Part shown: positions 29,716 to 39,172 of the stretch, piece by piece
Position numbering within the stretch: the first letter of the stretch is position 1
Layout of the letters: the number at the start of each line of letters is the position of its first letter
Assembly: GCA_039815375.1 (NCBI GenBank)
Contig: JBCBZJ010000001.1
Coordinates: 288,001-352,000 of the forward strand
Length of the DNA stretch: 64,000 nt
Direction: 5' to 3'
Source: Verrucomicrobiota bacterium
Lineage (GTDB): Bacteria > Verrucomicrobiota > Verrucomicrobiia > Opitutales > Coraliomargaritaceae
Translations under genes and position numbers: made by a program
The notes under the pieces: generated by a model
Databases searched by the model: none
Told to the model about the DNA's origin: nothing
Seen by the model: the letters and a program-made list of their open reading frames with translations, nothing else

Positions 29716-31218
29716 GTGCTCTTTTCTGCTCTATTTTTTCTTTTGCTTGGATGCTTCCTTTCATGGCTGGTGATCCATCTGTCCTTACATCTTGGGTTGG
29801 GCCAATCTCAAGGAGAGCAAATACAACACCACCATACACATACGGGATTTATACCGCGCATTGGTGGCTTAGGTATTGTTGTTGGTCTTACAGTCACTTA
29901 CCTGCTATGCTTTTTCTATTTAGATCAACGTGATAATCAGTCACTTATCCATTACAGTATCTTTGCGGGCGCAGTGATTGCTTTTTTATTGGGCTTTATC
30001 GATGACTTTCATCCTCTGGGGGCAAAGATAAAGATGCTCGTTCAGATCATTATTGCGCTCTTGGTGCATAGTGCGGGGCTAGCTGTAGAATTTGTGCGTG
30101 TTCCCTTCTGGGATGTGCAATTCGAGTTCGGTCCCTTTAGTGTGTTTATTACTGTTTTCTGGATCGTTGCCCTGATGAATCTAATCAATTTGATTGATGG
30201 TTTGGATGGTTTAGCGGGTGGTATTGGACTTATGCTGATGTGTCTTCTGGCTTTCCTGGCATATGAGTCCGGTATTGCCTATTCTCTTATTTTATCGCTC
30301 GGGATGATTGGGGCAATTCTTGGTTTTCTCTTTCATAATTTTCCGCCTGCTAAGGTCTATATGGGTGACTCCGGTGCTTACCTAATAGGTTTTGTGATCG
30401 CAGCGCTTTCACTTTTGAACTCAGAGAAAGGAACTGTACTAGCCGCTTTGATTGCCCCGGTGCTCGCTATGGCGCTTCCAATATGTGACGTTGCATTCGC
30501 GATTCTTCGTCGTGGCTTAAAGGGCTTGCCCTTGTTTCGGCCGGATCGTGGTCACATCCATCATCGCCTGATCGCTAGTGGCTTGTCTCGTCAAAAAGCC
30601 GTTTTACTTCTTTATTTTATATCCCTCATCGCTTTGGTCGGCGGCTTGTTGGCTTTTGCATCACAAGGGCGTTATCTTCCGATTTTTTTCGGGTTTGTCT
30701 TCGTATTGATACTCTTTGTCCTGCGGGGTCAAAAAGTAACACCTCAAGGTTTTACCCAAATTCTGAATGAGTCTTTTGAGGCACGGCAGGATACTAAAAA
30801 TGCCCTTTATCTGCGCGACTGGCTGATTGTTGAAGCAGAACGTGCTGATACAGGAGAACACCTTTGGTCTGACTTCCGCTTTGTTTTAAAGAAGATGGGC
30901 TTTTGCTTCGTCAGTCTTGAGATTGGAGATGATGTGAGAACTTATTATCAACCCAATACCAAGTTTGAAGTAGCCGAAGCGACCTGGTCTGAAGTCCACT
31001 CTTCTGAAGGCACTAGCCTGACCCTACGGGCTGAGAAAGATAACTTCTCAGAGCGCCAGTTTCTTGTTGTTGCAGACATTGCGACTGAAGCTTGGAGCAA
31101 AGCAGCAGCTCGCTGGCGCGAAATAAACGGCGCTGAATTCAGTTTTGATACCTCTGCAAAGCCTGCTGATAGCTATCGGCTTCAAAAGGCGAGAAATCTA
31201 TACCGGCCCACGTATTAA
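29716..31218 (+). CDS. Polyprenyl-phosphate HexNAc-1-phosphate transferase (WecA/MraY family) with C-terminal extension
   Basis: PRIGG, GFIDD, NLIDGLDGL, NFPPAKVYMGDSG, DRGHIHH. Confidence 0.9.
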   Translation: MLFSALFFLLLGCFLSWLVIHLSLHLGLGQSQGEQIQHHHTHTGFIPRIGGLGIVVGLTVTYLLCFFYLDQRDNQSLIHYSIFAGAVIAFLLGFIDDFHPLGAKIKMLVQIIIALLVHSAGLAVEFVRVPFWDVQFEFGPFSVFITVFWIVALMNLINLIDGLDGLAGGIGLMLMCLLAFLAYESGIAYSLILSLGMIGAILGFLFHNFPPAKVYMGDSGAYLIGFVIAALSLLNSEKGTVLAALIAPVLAMALPICDVAFAILRRGLKGLPLFRPDRGHIHHRLIASGLSRQKAVLLLYFISLIALVGGLLAFASQGRYLPIFFGFVFVLILFVLRGQKVTPQGFTQILNESFEARQDTKNALYLRDWLIVEAERADTGEHLWSDFRFVLKKMGFCFVSLEIGDDVRTYYQPNTKFEVAEATWSEVHSSEGTSLTLRAEKDNFSERQFLVVADIATEAWSKAAARWREINGAEFSFDTSAKPADSYRLQKARNLYRPTY

Positions 31219-31343
31219 AGCGTGCCAATCGTACTATGTCTCAAGGCTCTCTTCTTTGCTTTACTTAGACTAGTTTTCCTACTTCAGCCTAAAAAGGCAT
31301 TGCACATACAACCAAACTTTTGCCCTCAAGCTGATTTGTTCTG

Positions 31344-32468
31344 ATGAAAATCCTTCTTACCGGCGGATGTGGATTTATTGGTTCCAATTTGGTAAGGCTT
31401 CTTCTTTCTAAGGGGCATGAGATTGCCAATCTAGACAAGCTAACCTACGCAGCTAACTCAGACTGGTTACAGGATCTCGCCGACAATCCGAATTACTCCT
31501 TTCAGCAGGCTGATCTATCAGATTCCAGCTTTCCGCTCTCAGAGTTTATGCTCAAGCATAGTCCTCACGCTGTTATACATCTAGCAGCGGAGAGCCATGT
31601 TGATCGCTCGATAGATAGCCCCAGCGATTTTGTTCAGACGAACGTGCTTGGGACATACCACCTGCTTCAATCGGCTCTGGATTATTGGAAAACTTTGCCT
31701 GAAGAAGAGCTAGACGAAGCTTTGTCTAAAAACATGACTGACTCTCAAAAGAACAGGTATGAATTCCCAATTCGTGATGTTCCCAGTCAGTCAAGTTTTC
31801 GAGTTGTACACGTTTCTACGGATGAAGTATTCGGTAGCCTTCAAAATGGTGATAAATCACTAAGTGAAACGGCTCGGTATGCACCTAGTTCGCCTTATGC
31901 CGCTACTAAAGCCGCAGCAGATCATTTAGCTAAAGCGTGGTATACTACTTATGGCCTCCCGGTTATCGTGACAAACAGTTCGAATAACTATGGCCCTTCG
32001 CAATATCCTGAAAAACTTATTCCACGAGTGATTCTATCTTGTCTGACTGAAACGCCGATTCCTTTGTACGGCAATGGCAAGAATATGAGGGATTGGTTAC
32101 ATGTGGAAGATCACTGTGAAGCTCTCGTGTCAGTTATGACTTCTGGTCGTCTTGGAGAATGCTACTTAGTTTCCGGGGATAATGAGCTATCCAACATCGA
32201 GTTAGTTGGTATGCTCTGCCGTGTAATGGATCAGATCGCGCCTAGTCCAACCAAGGCATCGTATACTAAACTGATCGAATTTGTTCCAGACCGCCCCGGG
32301 CATGATTATCGCTACTCGATTGACAGCACTAAAATCAAGGAGGAGCTCGGTTGGTTGCCGCGTAAGTTGATAAATGTAGGTCTCTTGGAGACTGTAGAGT
32401 GGTATCTACAGAATCGAGAGTGGCTTGAAGCTGCAGCAGTATCTTCAAACTCTTTACGAAGTGCTTAA
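31344..32468 (+). CDS. rfbB: dTDP-glucose 4,6-dehydratase
   Basis: GGCGFIGS, DKLTYA, HLAAESHVDRS, STDEV, SNNYGP, RDWLHVEDH, DRPGHD. Confidence 0.92.
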   Translation: MKILLTGGCGFIGSNLVRLLLSKGHEIANLDKLTYAANSDWLQDLADNPNYSFQQADLSDSSFPLSEFMLKHSPHAVIHLAAESHVDRSIDSPSDFVQTNVLGTYHLLQSALDYWKTLPEEELDEALSKNMTDSQKNRYEFPIRDVPSQSSFRVVHVSTDEVFGSLQNGDKSLSETARYAPSSPYAATKAAADHLAKAWYTTYGLPVIVTNSSNNYGPSQYPEKLIPRVILSCLTETPIPLYGNGKNMRDWLHVEDHCEALVSVMTSGRLGECYLVSGDNELSNIELVGMLCRVMDQIAPSPTKASYTKLIEFVPDRPGHDYRYSIDSTKIKEELGWLPRKLINVGLLETVEWYLQNREWLEAAAVSSNSLRSA

Positions 32469-32507
32469 TCGCCTGAATCAAACTGCTTTGATAAATAGAT
32501 TATAGCT

Positions 32508-33473
32508 ATGAGAATTCTGTTGACCGGATGCGCCGGATTTATCGGCTCCCATACATTAAACCGTCTTCTAGCTGATGGGCATTCTGTTGTAGGTATCGAT
32601 AACTTCGACCCATTTTATTCTCGATTACTTAAGAATGCCAACCTTTCAGCTCATATAGGAAATGCTAACTTTGAACTAATCGAAGCAAATTTAGAAGATG
32701 CCTCCACATACCAAAAATTAAGAATCCTGCTGGGGAATGAACCGTTTAATGCGATTATTCATCTTGCAGCTAAGGCAGGCGTAAGACCCTCAATTCAGGA
32801 CCCAGTCGGTTATCAGCGGGCCAATGTTATCGCGACACAAAACTTGCTTGAGTTTGCCAAAGAAAACGAAATCAAGCAGTTCGTCTTTGCCTCGTCTTCA
32901 TCGGTTTATGGTGTCAATCCGAATGTCCCCTGGCGGGAAAGCGATCACGTCTTGCAACCAATCAGTCCCTATGCGAGTACCAAAGTCAGCTGTGAGCTAA
33001 TGGGTCATGTATATAGTCGGCTCTACGGAATTCGGGTTCTCGGACTAAGATTCTTTACCGTTTATGGACCGCGCCAGCGTCCTGATTTGGCGATTAACAA
33101 ATTTGTTCGGCTGATCGAAGCGGGTGAGCAGATTCCAGTTTTCGGAGATGGCTCAACGCGCCGTGATTATACTTACATCGACGATATCGTAGATGGCATT
33201 ATTGGATCGCTCCACTATGTCGGCTCCGAATTCGAAGTCATTAATCTTGGTAATGACCAAACAGTGACGCTTGCTGCGATGATAGAAACGATCGAAACTA
33301 CAGTCGGCAAAAAAGCTATCATTGACCGTCAGCCCGAACAGCCCGGAGACGTACCGCAGACCTGGGCTGATGTGAGCCACGCAAAAGAGCTTTTGGGCTA
33401 TAAGCCAATGACGAGCTTCGCTGAGGGTGTTTCGAAGTTCTATGATTGGTGGAAGGCAAGTGAGCTTGTCTAG
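32508..33473 (+). CDS. NDP-sugar (UDP-glucuronate-type) 4-epimerase
   Basis: GCAGFIG, HLAAKAGVRPS, SSSSVYG, YASTK, RFFTVYGP..RPD, QPGDV. Confidence 0.88.
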   Translation: MRILLTGCAGFIGSHTLNRLLADGHSVVGIDNFDPFYSRLLKNANLSAHIGNANFELIEANLEDASTYQKLRILLGNEPFNAIIHLAAKAGVRPSIQDPVGYQRANVIATQNLLEFAKENEIKQFVFASSSSVYGVNPNVPWRESDHVLQPISPYASTKVSCELMGHVYSRLYGIRVLGLRFFTVYGPRQRPDLAINKFVRLIEAGEQIPVFGDGSTRRDYTYIDDIVDGIIGSLHYVGSEFEVINLGNDQTVTLAAMIETIETTVGKKAIIDRQPEQPGDVPQTWADVSHAKELLGYKPMTSFAEGVSKFYDWWKASELV

Positions 33474-33920
33474 CTTAATCTGATTGTAATGCTTAGCTCG
33501 CGGTAAGAGCTATATGATTTTAGTTATTCTAGATATAGGTTCTAAATCCAGATTATGCATGCCGGATGCCTCCGAGATTTGGTTGATGTGGAGGAATTAA
33601 AAAATTTTGAAAGCGACAATTGATACGAAGGCTGGATCGAGGTTGAAAAAGTGCGGTCTGTAATAGCGTTCAACAGGTTAGACAGGGAAAAACTTCAGCC
33701 TGTCACTGCATTAGAATCTCGAGTGGAATGCCCAGTTGCGCACGTTGTCGAATAGACTGAAGAAAAAGTGGTTCGTTAGCTACTCATACAGATCGGCTAA
33801 AGCCTCCTCTAAGCGTTCTAATCCCAAGTTTATCTGTGCCTGTCCATAGACAAAACACAGCTTTAGAGTCGCAGTAAGACAGCAATAGCGCCTTCGGCAA
33901 AAATCCTGAATATAGAATTC

Positions 33921-35432
33921 ATGACTAATAAACTTCCCATCCCACTGCGTGAAAAGCTTGTTGCAGCAGTGGGCGCGCTCACCCTTGCGTTCACGGCTTG
34001 GGGCTATGGAGGTGTGATTGCTTGGTCGCTGCATACCATGCTCGCAGGGGGGCTACTTACTATTTTTTTAGCAACTATTCCGTTATCTCTGTGTAAGCAT
34101 GAACAATCTGAACCTAAACTGAAAGCCGGAATCAAGAACCGAAGATCGTGCTGCGTGCCACTCTCCCGCCTACTTCGTTTCCCGGGAACCTGGTTTGCCT
34201 GCGCGTTCCTGATTTATCTCGCTATCGGTGCTCTTAATCCGGCGTGGCAGGTTGATCCCGATCTCAAAGAATGGCGTTTGCGTCCTTTACTGCCTGTAGA
34301 ACCTCCACTTTGGGATTGGCTGCCGACTTCTGTAAAAAGCGCTTATGAACCGATGAATACATGGCGCATCTTCAATATGCATCTCGGGGCATTTTCCCTA
34401 GCGCTCGGGCTTTATGTAGGCCTCACGCGCCGCAAAACGGTCCTCTTTGTCCTTTGGGTATTCGTTATCAATGCATCTTCTATGGCTTTCATTGCTATTG
34501 TGCAGCATTATGGTGATGCTGATGCTGTTCTATGGACCACTAAATCGGCAAACCGGAATTTCTGGGGTAGCTTCTTCTACCGTAACCAAGCAGTCGCTTA
34601 CTTAAATTGGGGGATCGTGCTTTCGGGAGTACTCTACTTTTACCATGCTCATCGCATACGTGATGAAGCCAAAAGTGGAGGACCACACTTCATGGCCTTT
34701 TGTCTGATTGGGCTCTTTGCAGTTTCTGTCGGTCTAGCCCTTTCTCGTGGTGGTATTCTGTTCGCGGGGATTTTAGTTGCTGCATTTCTTCTGCTGGTTG
34801 CTGTAGACTACGTTATTGCAGCATCCAGCGGCCGTGCTCCTTTGGCAGTTATAATTCCTATGACCCTCACCGTCGCTCTTTTGCTCGCAGTAGGCTTATT
34901 CCAAGCCTACAAGTCGGTCGATTGGCAGGCAGTTCGGGAACGCTTCGGTGACATCGAGGCTACGATTGATAATGCTGATCAGGACGCCAGGGCACTCAGC
35001 TCCAAGCAAACCTGGAAAATGGCACAGGATAACCTCTGGACGGGCTGGGGTGCGGGAAGTTTTCGCTATGTCTTCCCGATCTACCAAAAAGAAATCACTG
35101 AACTTTATCGTTACCGATACCACCGCAAGAAAAAGGAGTGGATCGGACATCGTTTCTATCGCTACGCCCACAATGATATCCTGCAGTTTCTTGCCGAATA
35201 CGGTATCATTGGCTCCAGCCTCCTGCTTCTGTCGTTGCTAGGTTTTGTTTTTTCAGGTTTCCGATTTCAGGTTTCAGCCTTGTGGGTGCTTTTAGGAACT
35301 GTCTGTGCGGCGGCTCATGCCTTTCTTGATTTCATTTTCCATAGTCCAGCCTACTGGTGTGCGCTGGTTGGAGGCCTGGCACTTGTCAGTCGCCTCAGTG
35401 TTCTAAAACGACGCGCAGAAAGAGTCGTCTAG
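33921..35432 (+). CDS. O-antigen ligase/Wzy_C family membrane protein
   Basis: Multi-TM; G.F.YRN, SRGG, G.G.GSF, AHND.LQFLAEYG, H...DF.FH.P. Confidence 0.82.
   Translation: MTNKLPIPLREKLVAAVGALTLAFTAWGYGGVIAWSLHTMLAGGLLTIFLATIPLSLCKHEQSEPKLKAGIKNRRSCCVPLSRLLRFPGTWFACAFLIYLAIGALNPAWQVDPDLKEWRLRPLLPVEPPLWDWLPTSVKSAYEPMNTWRIFNMHLGAFSLALGLYVGLTRRKTVLFVLWVFVINASSMAFIAIVQHYGDADAVLWTTKSANRNFWGSFFYRNQAVAYLNWGIVLSGVLYFYHAHRIRDEAKSGGPHFMAFCLIGLFAVSVGLALSRGGILFAGILVAAFLLLVAVDYVIAASSGRAPLAVIIPMTLTVALLLAVGLFQAYKSVDWQAVRERFGDIEATIDNADQDARALSSKQTWKMAQDNLWTGWGAGSFRYVFPIYQKEITELYRYRYHRKKKEWIGHRFYRYAHNDILQFLAEYGIIGSSLLLLSLLGFVFSGFRFQVSALWVLLGTVCAAAHAFLDFIFHSPAYWCALVGGLALVSRLSVLKRRAERVV
35251..35278 (+). repeat. 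Four heptamer units (TTTCAGG-like) inside the ligase CDS
   Basis: tttcagg tttccga tttcagg tttcagc, translated as FSGFRFQVS. Confidence 0.55.
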
Positions 35433-35683
35433 ATTTAAATATTTTTTTCTATTTCTCATTAACGTTCGTTCACGTAAATTAGCAGCCCAAAATCATTCTT
35501 GTCTAGTCCTCTTCTCCCTGTCCTGTCTTTTGCGTAAGCCCTCACCGCTATTGTAGTATCCTAGTGCCTCCTTTCCCATCAGTTGTTGAAACACGTGAAG
35601 GTGGGGCTTTATGCATTTCTCAAAACTTCATCTTTTAGTTTATTCTAATTCGCCATTATTAATCAAAAATTTCCAGTTTTTCC

Positions 35684-36451
35684 ATGAAAGCAGTCCTACT
35701 CGCAGGGGGCCTTGGCACCCGACTCTCTGAAGAAACATACTTAAAGCCGAAACCTATGGTTGAGATCGGTGGCCGGCCGATTCTCTGGCATATCATGAAG
35801 ACCTACTCAGCCCATGGGATTAACGAATTTATTATTTGTGCGGGTTATCGTAGCTATGTGATCAAAGAATATTTCGCTAATTATTTCCTGCACATGTCCG
35901 ACGTGACTTTTGACATGGAGCACAACACGATGGAAGTGCACAAGAAACGCACCGAGCCTTGGAAGGTCACTATAGTTGATACGGGAGAAGAGACCATGAC
36001 CGGAGGGCGCCTCAAACGTGTCAAAGATTACATCGGCAACGAAACCTTCTGTTTCACCTATGGAGATGGAGTTGGCGATGTCGATATCACCAAAATTATC
36101 GAACTCCACAAGAGCGCAAAACGAAAGGCTACTCTGACCGCCGTACAACCCCCAGGGCGCTATGGTGCTCTTGATATAGAGGATGATCGGGTTGCTTCCT
36201 TCGAAGAGAAACCTGAAGGCGATGGAGCCTGGATCAATGGCGGATTCTTCGTTCTCGAACCTTCAGTCGTCGACTATATCTCAGATGATGCCATGCCATG
36301 GGAGCGTGATCCTTTAGAGAAGCTTGCGGCTGAAGAACAGCTTACTGTTTACAAGCATAATGGCTTCTGGCGCCCCATGGATACTCTTCGCGATAAGAAT
36401 CAACTCGAAGAGATGTGGGAGGCCGGCAAGGCACCTTGGAGGATCTGGTAG
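35684..36451 (+). CDS. rfbF: Glucose-1-phosphate cytidylyltransferase
   Basis: [48 protein letters not shown]. Confidence 0.95.
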   Translation: MKAVLLAGGLGTRLSEETYLKPKPMVEIGGRPILWHIMKTYSAHGINEFIICAGYRSYVIKEYFANYFLHMSDVTFDMEHNTMEVHKKRTEPWKVTIVDTGEETMTGGRLKRVKDYIGNETFCFTYGDGVGDVDITKIIELHKSAKRKATLTAVQPPGRYGALDIEDDRVASFEEKPEGDGAWINGGFFVLEPSVVDYISDDAMPWERDPLEKLAAEEQLTVYKHNGFWRPMDTLRDKNQLEEMWEAGKAPWRIW

Positions 36452-36498
36452 GACTGATTGTCCAATTCAAATTACCTATAATTTAATAAACTTGTATC

Positions 36499-37623
36499 GT
36501 GGACTTTAAAAATACTTTCAAGGGACGCCGAGTGCTCGTGACCGGCGATACGGGGTTTAAAGGTTCTTGGCTTTGTGAGTGGCTTCTATCCGAAGGGGCT
36601 GAGGTTTACGGCTTGGGTCTGGCGCCCAATACGGAGCCTTCCTTGTTTGATCAGCTTAATCTGGCTAAACGAATTAGCCATGTTGAACTCGATATTCGTG
36701 ACGCTACGGCGCTGGCTGATTATATCGATACGATTGCTCCAGAAATTGTCCTTCACCTTGCCGCACAGCCGTTGGTTCGCCTCTCCTATGACATTCCTGT
36801 TGAGACCTATTCGACAAATGTGATGGGTACCGTCCACCTGCTTGACGCGATTCGTAAGTTCAATGCTTTCAGATCGGGTGCTGAGCAGCCAGTATCCGTC
36901 GTCTGCGTTACAACCGACAAATGCTACGAAAATAAGGAATGGTTACATAGCTATCGTGAGGAAGATCCAGTTGGTGGTCATGATCCTTACAGCTCTAGTA
37001 AAGGTGCGTGTGAAATTGCGATTCAATCATTTCGTAAATCGTATTTTTCGAATCCGGCTGAGTGCGGCGTTGCAGTTGCATCGGCTCGTGCAGGCAATGT
37101 GATTGGTGGCGGCGATTGGGCTTTGGATCGTATCATACCTGACTGTGTGACAGCTCTAAGAGCTGGAGCCGAAATTCCCGTCAGAAACAAGGTCGCGACG
37201 CGGCCGTGGCAGCACGTTTTGGAGCCGCTTGGAGGTTATCTGCTTCTAGCAGCCGAGTTGTGGCGTGGATTGTCCAGCCAGGCTCCGCTTCAAGCGAATT
37301 TTGATTATCGAGAGCTTTGCGGAGCATTCAACTTTGGCCCCAACTTACAATCGAATCGAACGGTTAAAGACCTAGTTGAAGAAGTTTTGAAGCATTGGAA
37401 AGGTACTTGGCGTGATCAGTCGGAACCAAATGCACTTCACGAGGCCTCACTTCTCAATCTTTCGGTAGATAAAGCCTTTCATGTGCTGAATTGGTCCCCG
37501 CGTTGGGGGTTCGCTCAAACCATTCAAGAGACGATTGAATGGTACGCTGCAGCAGAATCCTCAGAATTTGACGCTCAAGTTTTAACACGGGAGCAAATAC
37601 GACGATACCAATTGAGTGCATAA
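36499..37623 (+). CDS. rfbG: CDP-glucose 4,6-dehydratase
   Basis: TG.TGFKGSWL, HLAAQPLVR.SY, DKCYEN, DPYSSSK, RAGNVIGGGDW, RPWQHVLEPL. Confidence 0.95.
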   Translation: MDFKNTFKGRRVLVTGDTGFKGSWLCEWLLSEGAEVYGLGLAPNTEPSLFDQLNLAKRISHVELDIRDATALADYIDTIAPEIVLHLAAQPLVRLSYDIPVETYSTNVMGTVHLLDAIRKFNAFRSGAEQPVSVVCVTTDKCYENKEWLHSYREEDPVGGHDPYSSSKGACEIAIQSFRKSYFSNPAECGVAVASARAGNVIGGGDWALDRIIPDCVTALRAGAEIPVRNKVATRPWQHVLEPLGGYLLLAAELWRGLSSQAPLQANFDYRELCGAFNFGPNLQSNRTVKDLVEEVLKHWKGTWRDQSEPNALHEASLLNLSVDKAFHVLNWSPRWGFAQTIQETIEWYAAAESSEFDAQVLTREQIRRYQLSA

Positions 37624-37636
37624 ATTTTTACGAAAC

Positions 37637-39154
37637 ATGACGAACGAAGAACTTAAAGCTGAAATCCTAAAACTAACTCGCGAGTATTCGAAGCGTATGC
37701 ACGCTTCGAATCGTCCAGGTATTGACCATCAGCATCCACATAATTCCTCAGAAAGACCAGATCTCATCGCGGTGCCTTATGCAGGACGTGTGTTTGACGA
37801 AGATGAAGTTGAAGCTGCGGTGTCGACGACGCTTGATTTCTGGCTGACGCTCGGAGTTGAGGGTGAGGCGATGCAAAAAGAGCTGGCAGATGTGCTTGGC
37901 ATAAAAAAATCTCTTCTAGTTAACTCGGGCTCGTCGGCAAATTTGATCGCTGTTGCAGCACTGACCACCCATAAGCTACCCGCCCATAAACGAATTCTTC
38001 AAGGTGATGAAGTTATTACTTGTGCAGCCGGTTTTCCAACTACTGTTGCCCCTATCATTCAAAACGGTGCGGTTCCTGTATTCATCGACAATGATCCTTC
38101 GACTGGTAATGCCTGCATGGAGCAGCTCGAATCGGCCTATGTTGAAGGAAAAACCAAAGCAGTCATGTTTGCACATACGCTCGGTAACCCATTCGAGTTA
38201 TGTAAGGTTCTTGAGTTCTGCCATCAGTATGATCTGTGGTTGATTGAAGACAACTGCGATGCACTTGGCTGCACTTATACCTTGCCGGTTGAGCGTGCAG
38301 AGGCGATTGGGCTGCAGCATCTGCTTAAGATTGCAGAGAAGGGTAAGCACCCGATTATTCAGATTGCCAATGGGAAGCTGACTGCTCCGACGGGTGCCTT
38401 TGGAGATATTTCAACACAGTCTTTTTACCCTCCACACCATCTGACCATGGGGGAGGGCGGTTCGGTTAATATTATTCGCCGAGCATCGCTCGCAAAATAT
38501 GCCGAAAGCTTTCGAGACTGGGGGCGCGATTGCTGGTGTCCAAGCGGTAAAGACGACACTTGCTGCAAACGCTTTGGTTGGCAGTTGGGCGAATTGCCCG
38601 AGGGCTATGACCACAAATATATTTATAGTCATCTAGGCTATAATGTGAAACCGCTCGATCCCCAAGCAGCGATTGGTCGCAAGCAAATCGAAAAACTACC
38701 TGCCTTCATTCAGGCGCGCAAAGATAACTGGGAGTATCTGCGTAGAGGCCTTGTTGGCTTGGAACATGTATTTGAGTTTTCCTTGCCGACGCATGCAACA
38801 GAGTGGACGCCTGAAGGAGGCTTTGAGTGGGATGCCTCTGGTTGTTCGACGGATTGTTCATGGTTTGGCTTTATGCTCTTAGTAAAGCCAGATGCGCCAT
38901 TTAAGAAGTCTGCCTTTGCTAGTTATCTCGATGAAAATAAGATCGGAAACCGAATGCTTTTTGGTGGCAACCTGTTGCGTCAACCGGCTTTTGTGCAGCT
39001 CAAGCAAGATCGCCCAGAGGCGATTCGTGTCACCGGTGAAATGCCGGGTGCCGATCGAATTATGAATGAAGCGATCTTTATTGGTACATATCCGGGACTA
39101 ACCCGTATCCAGTTGGATTACATGGTGCAGAAAATTCGTGAATTCGTAGGGTAG
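37637..39154 (+). CDS. rfbH: CDP-4-keto-6-deoxyglucose 3-dehydrase (E1, RfbH/DdhC)
   Basis: NSGSSANL, EDNCDALG, SFYPPHH.TMGEGG (His in place of the PLP Lys), Fe-S motif GRDCWC......TC, GYDHKY. Confidence 0.93.
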   Translation: MTNEELKAEILKLTREYSKRMHASNRPGIDHQHPHNSSERPDLIAVPYAGRVFDEDEVEAAVSTTLDFWLTLGVEGEAMQKELADVLGIKKSLLVNSGSSANLIAVAALTTHKLPAHKRILQGDEVITCAAGFPTTVAPIIQNGAVPVFIDNDPSTGNACMEQLESAYVEGKTKAVMFAHTLGNPFELCKVLEFCHQYDLWLIEDNCDALGCTYTLPVERAEAIGLQHLLKIAEKGKHPIIQIANGKLTAPTGAFGDISTQSFYPPHHLTMGEGGSVNIIRRASLAKYAESFRDWGRDCWCPSGKDDTCCKRFGWQLGELPEGYDHKYIYSHLGYNVKPLDPQAAIGRKQIEKLPAFIQARKDNWEYLRRGLVGLEHVFEFSLPTHATEWTPEGGFEWDASGCSTDCSWFGFMLLVKPDAPFKKSAFASYLDENKIGNRMLFGGNLLRQPAFVQLKQDRPEAIRVTGEMPGADRIMNEAIFIGTYPGLTRIQLDYMVQKIREFVG

Positions 39155-39172
39155 TTTGGTCGCTTTCTATTC

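Noticed and set aside
33780..34034. 84-aa minus-strand ORF overlapping the ligase start
   Set aside because: Antisense to the operon, overlaps a real CDS and has no recognisable family.
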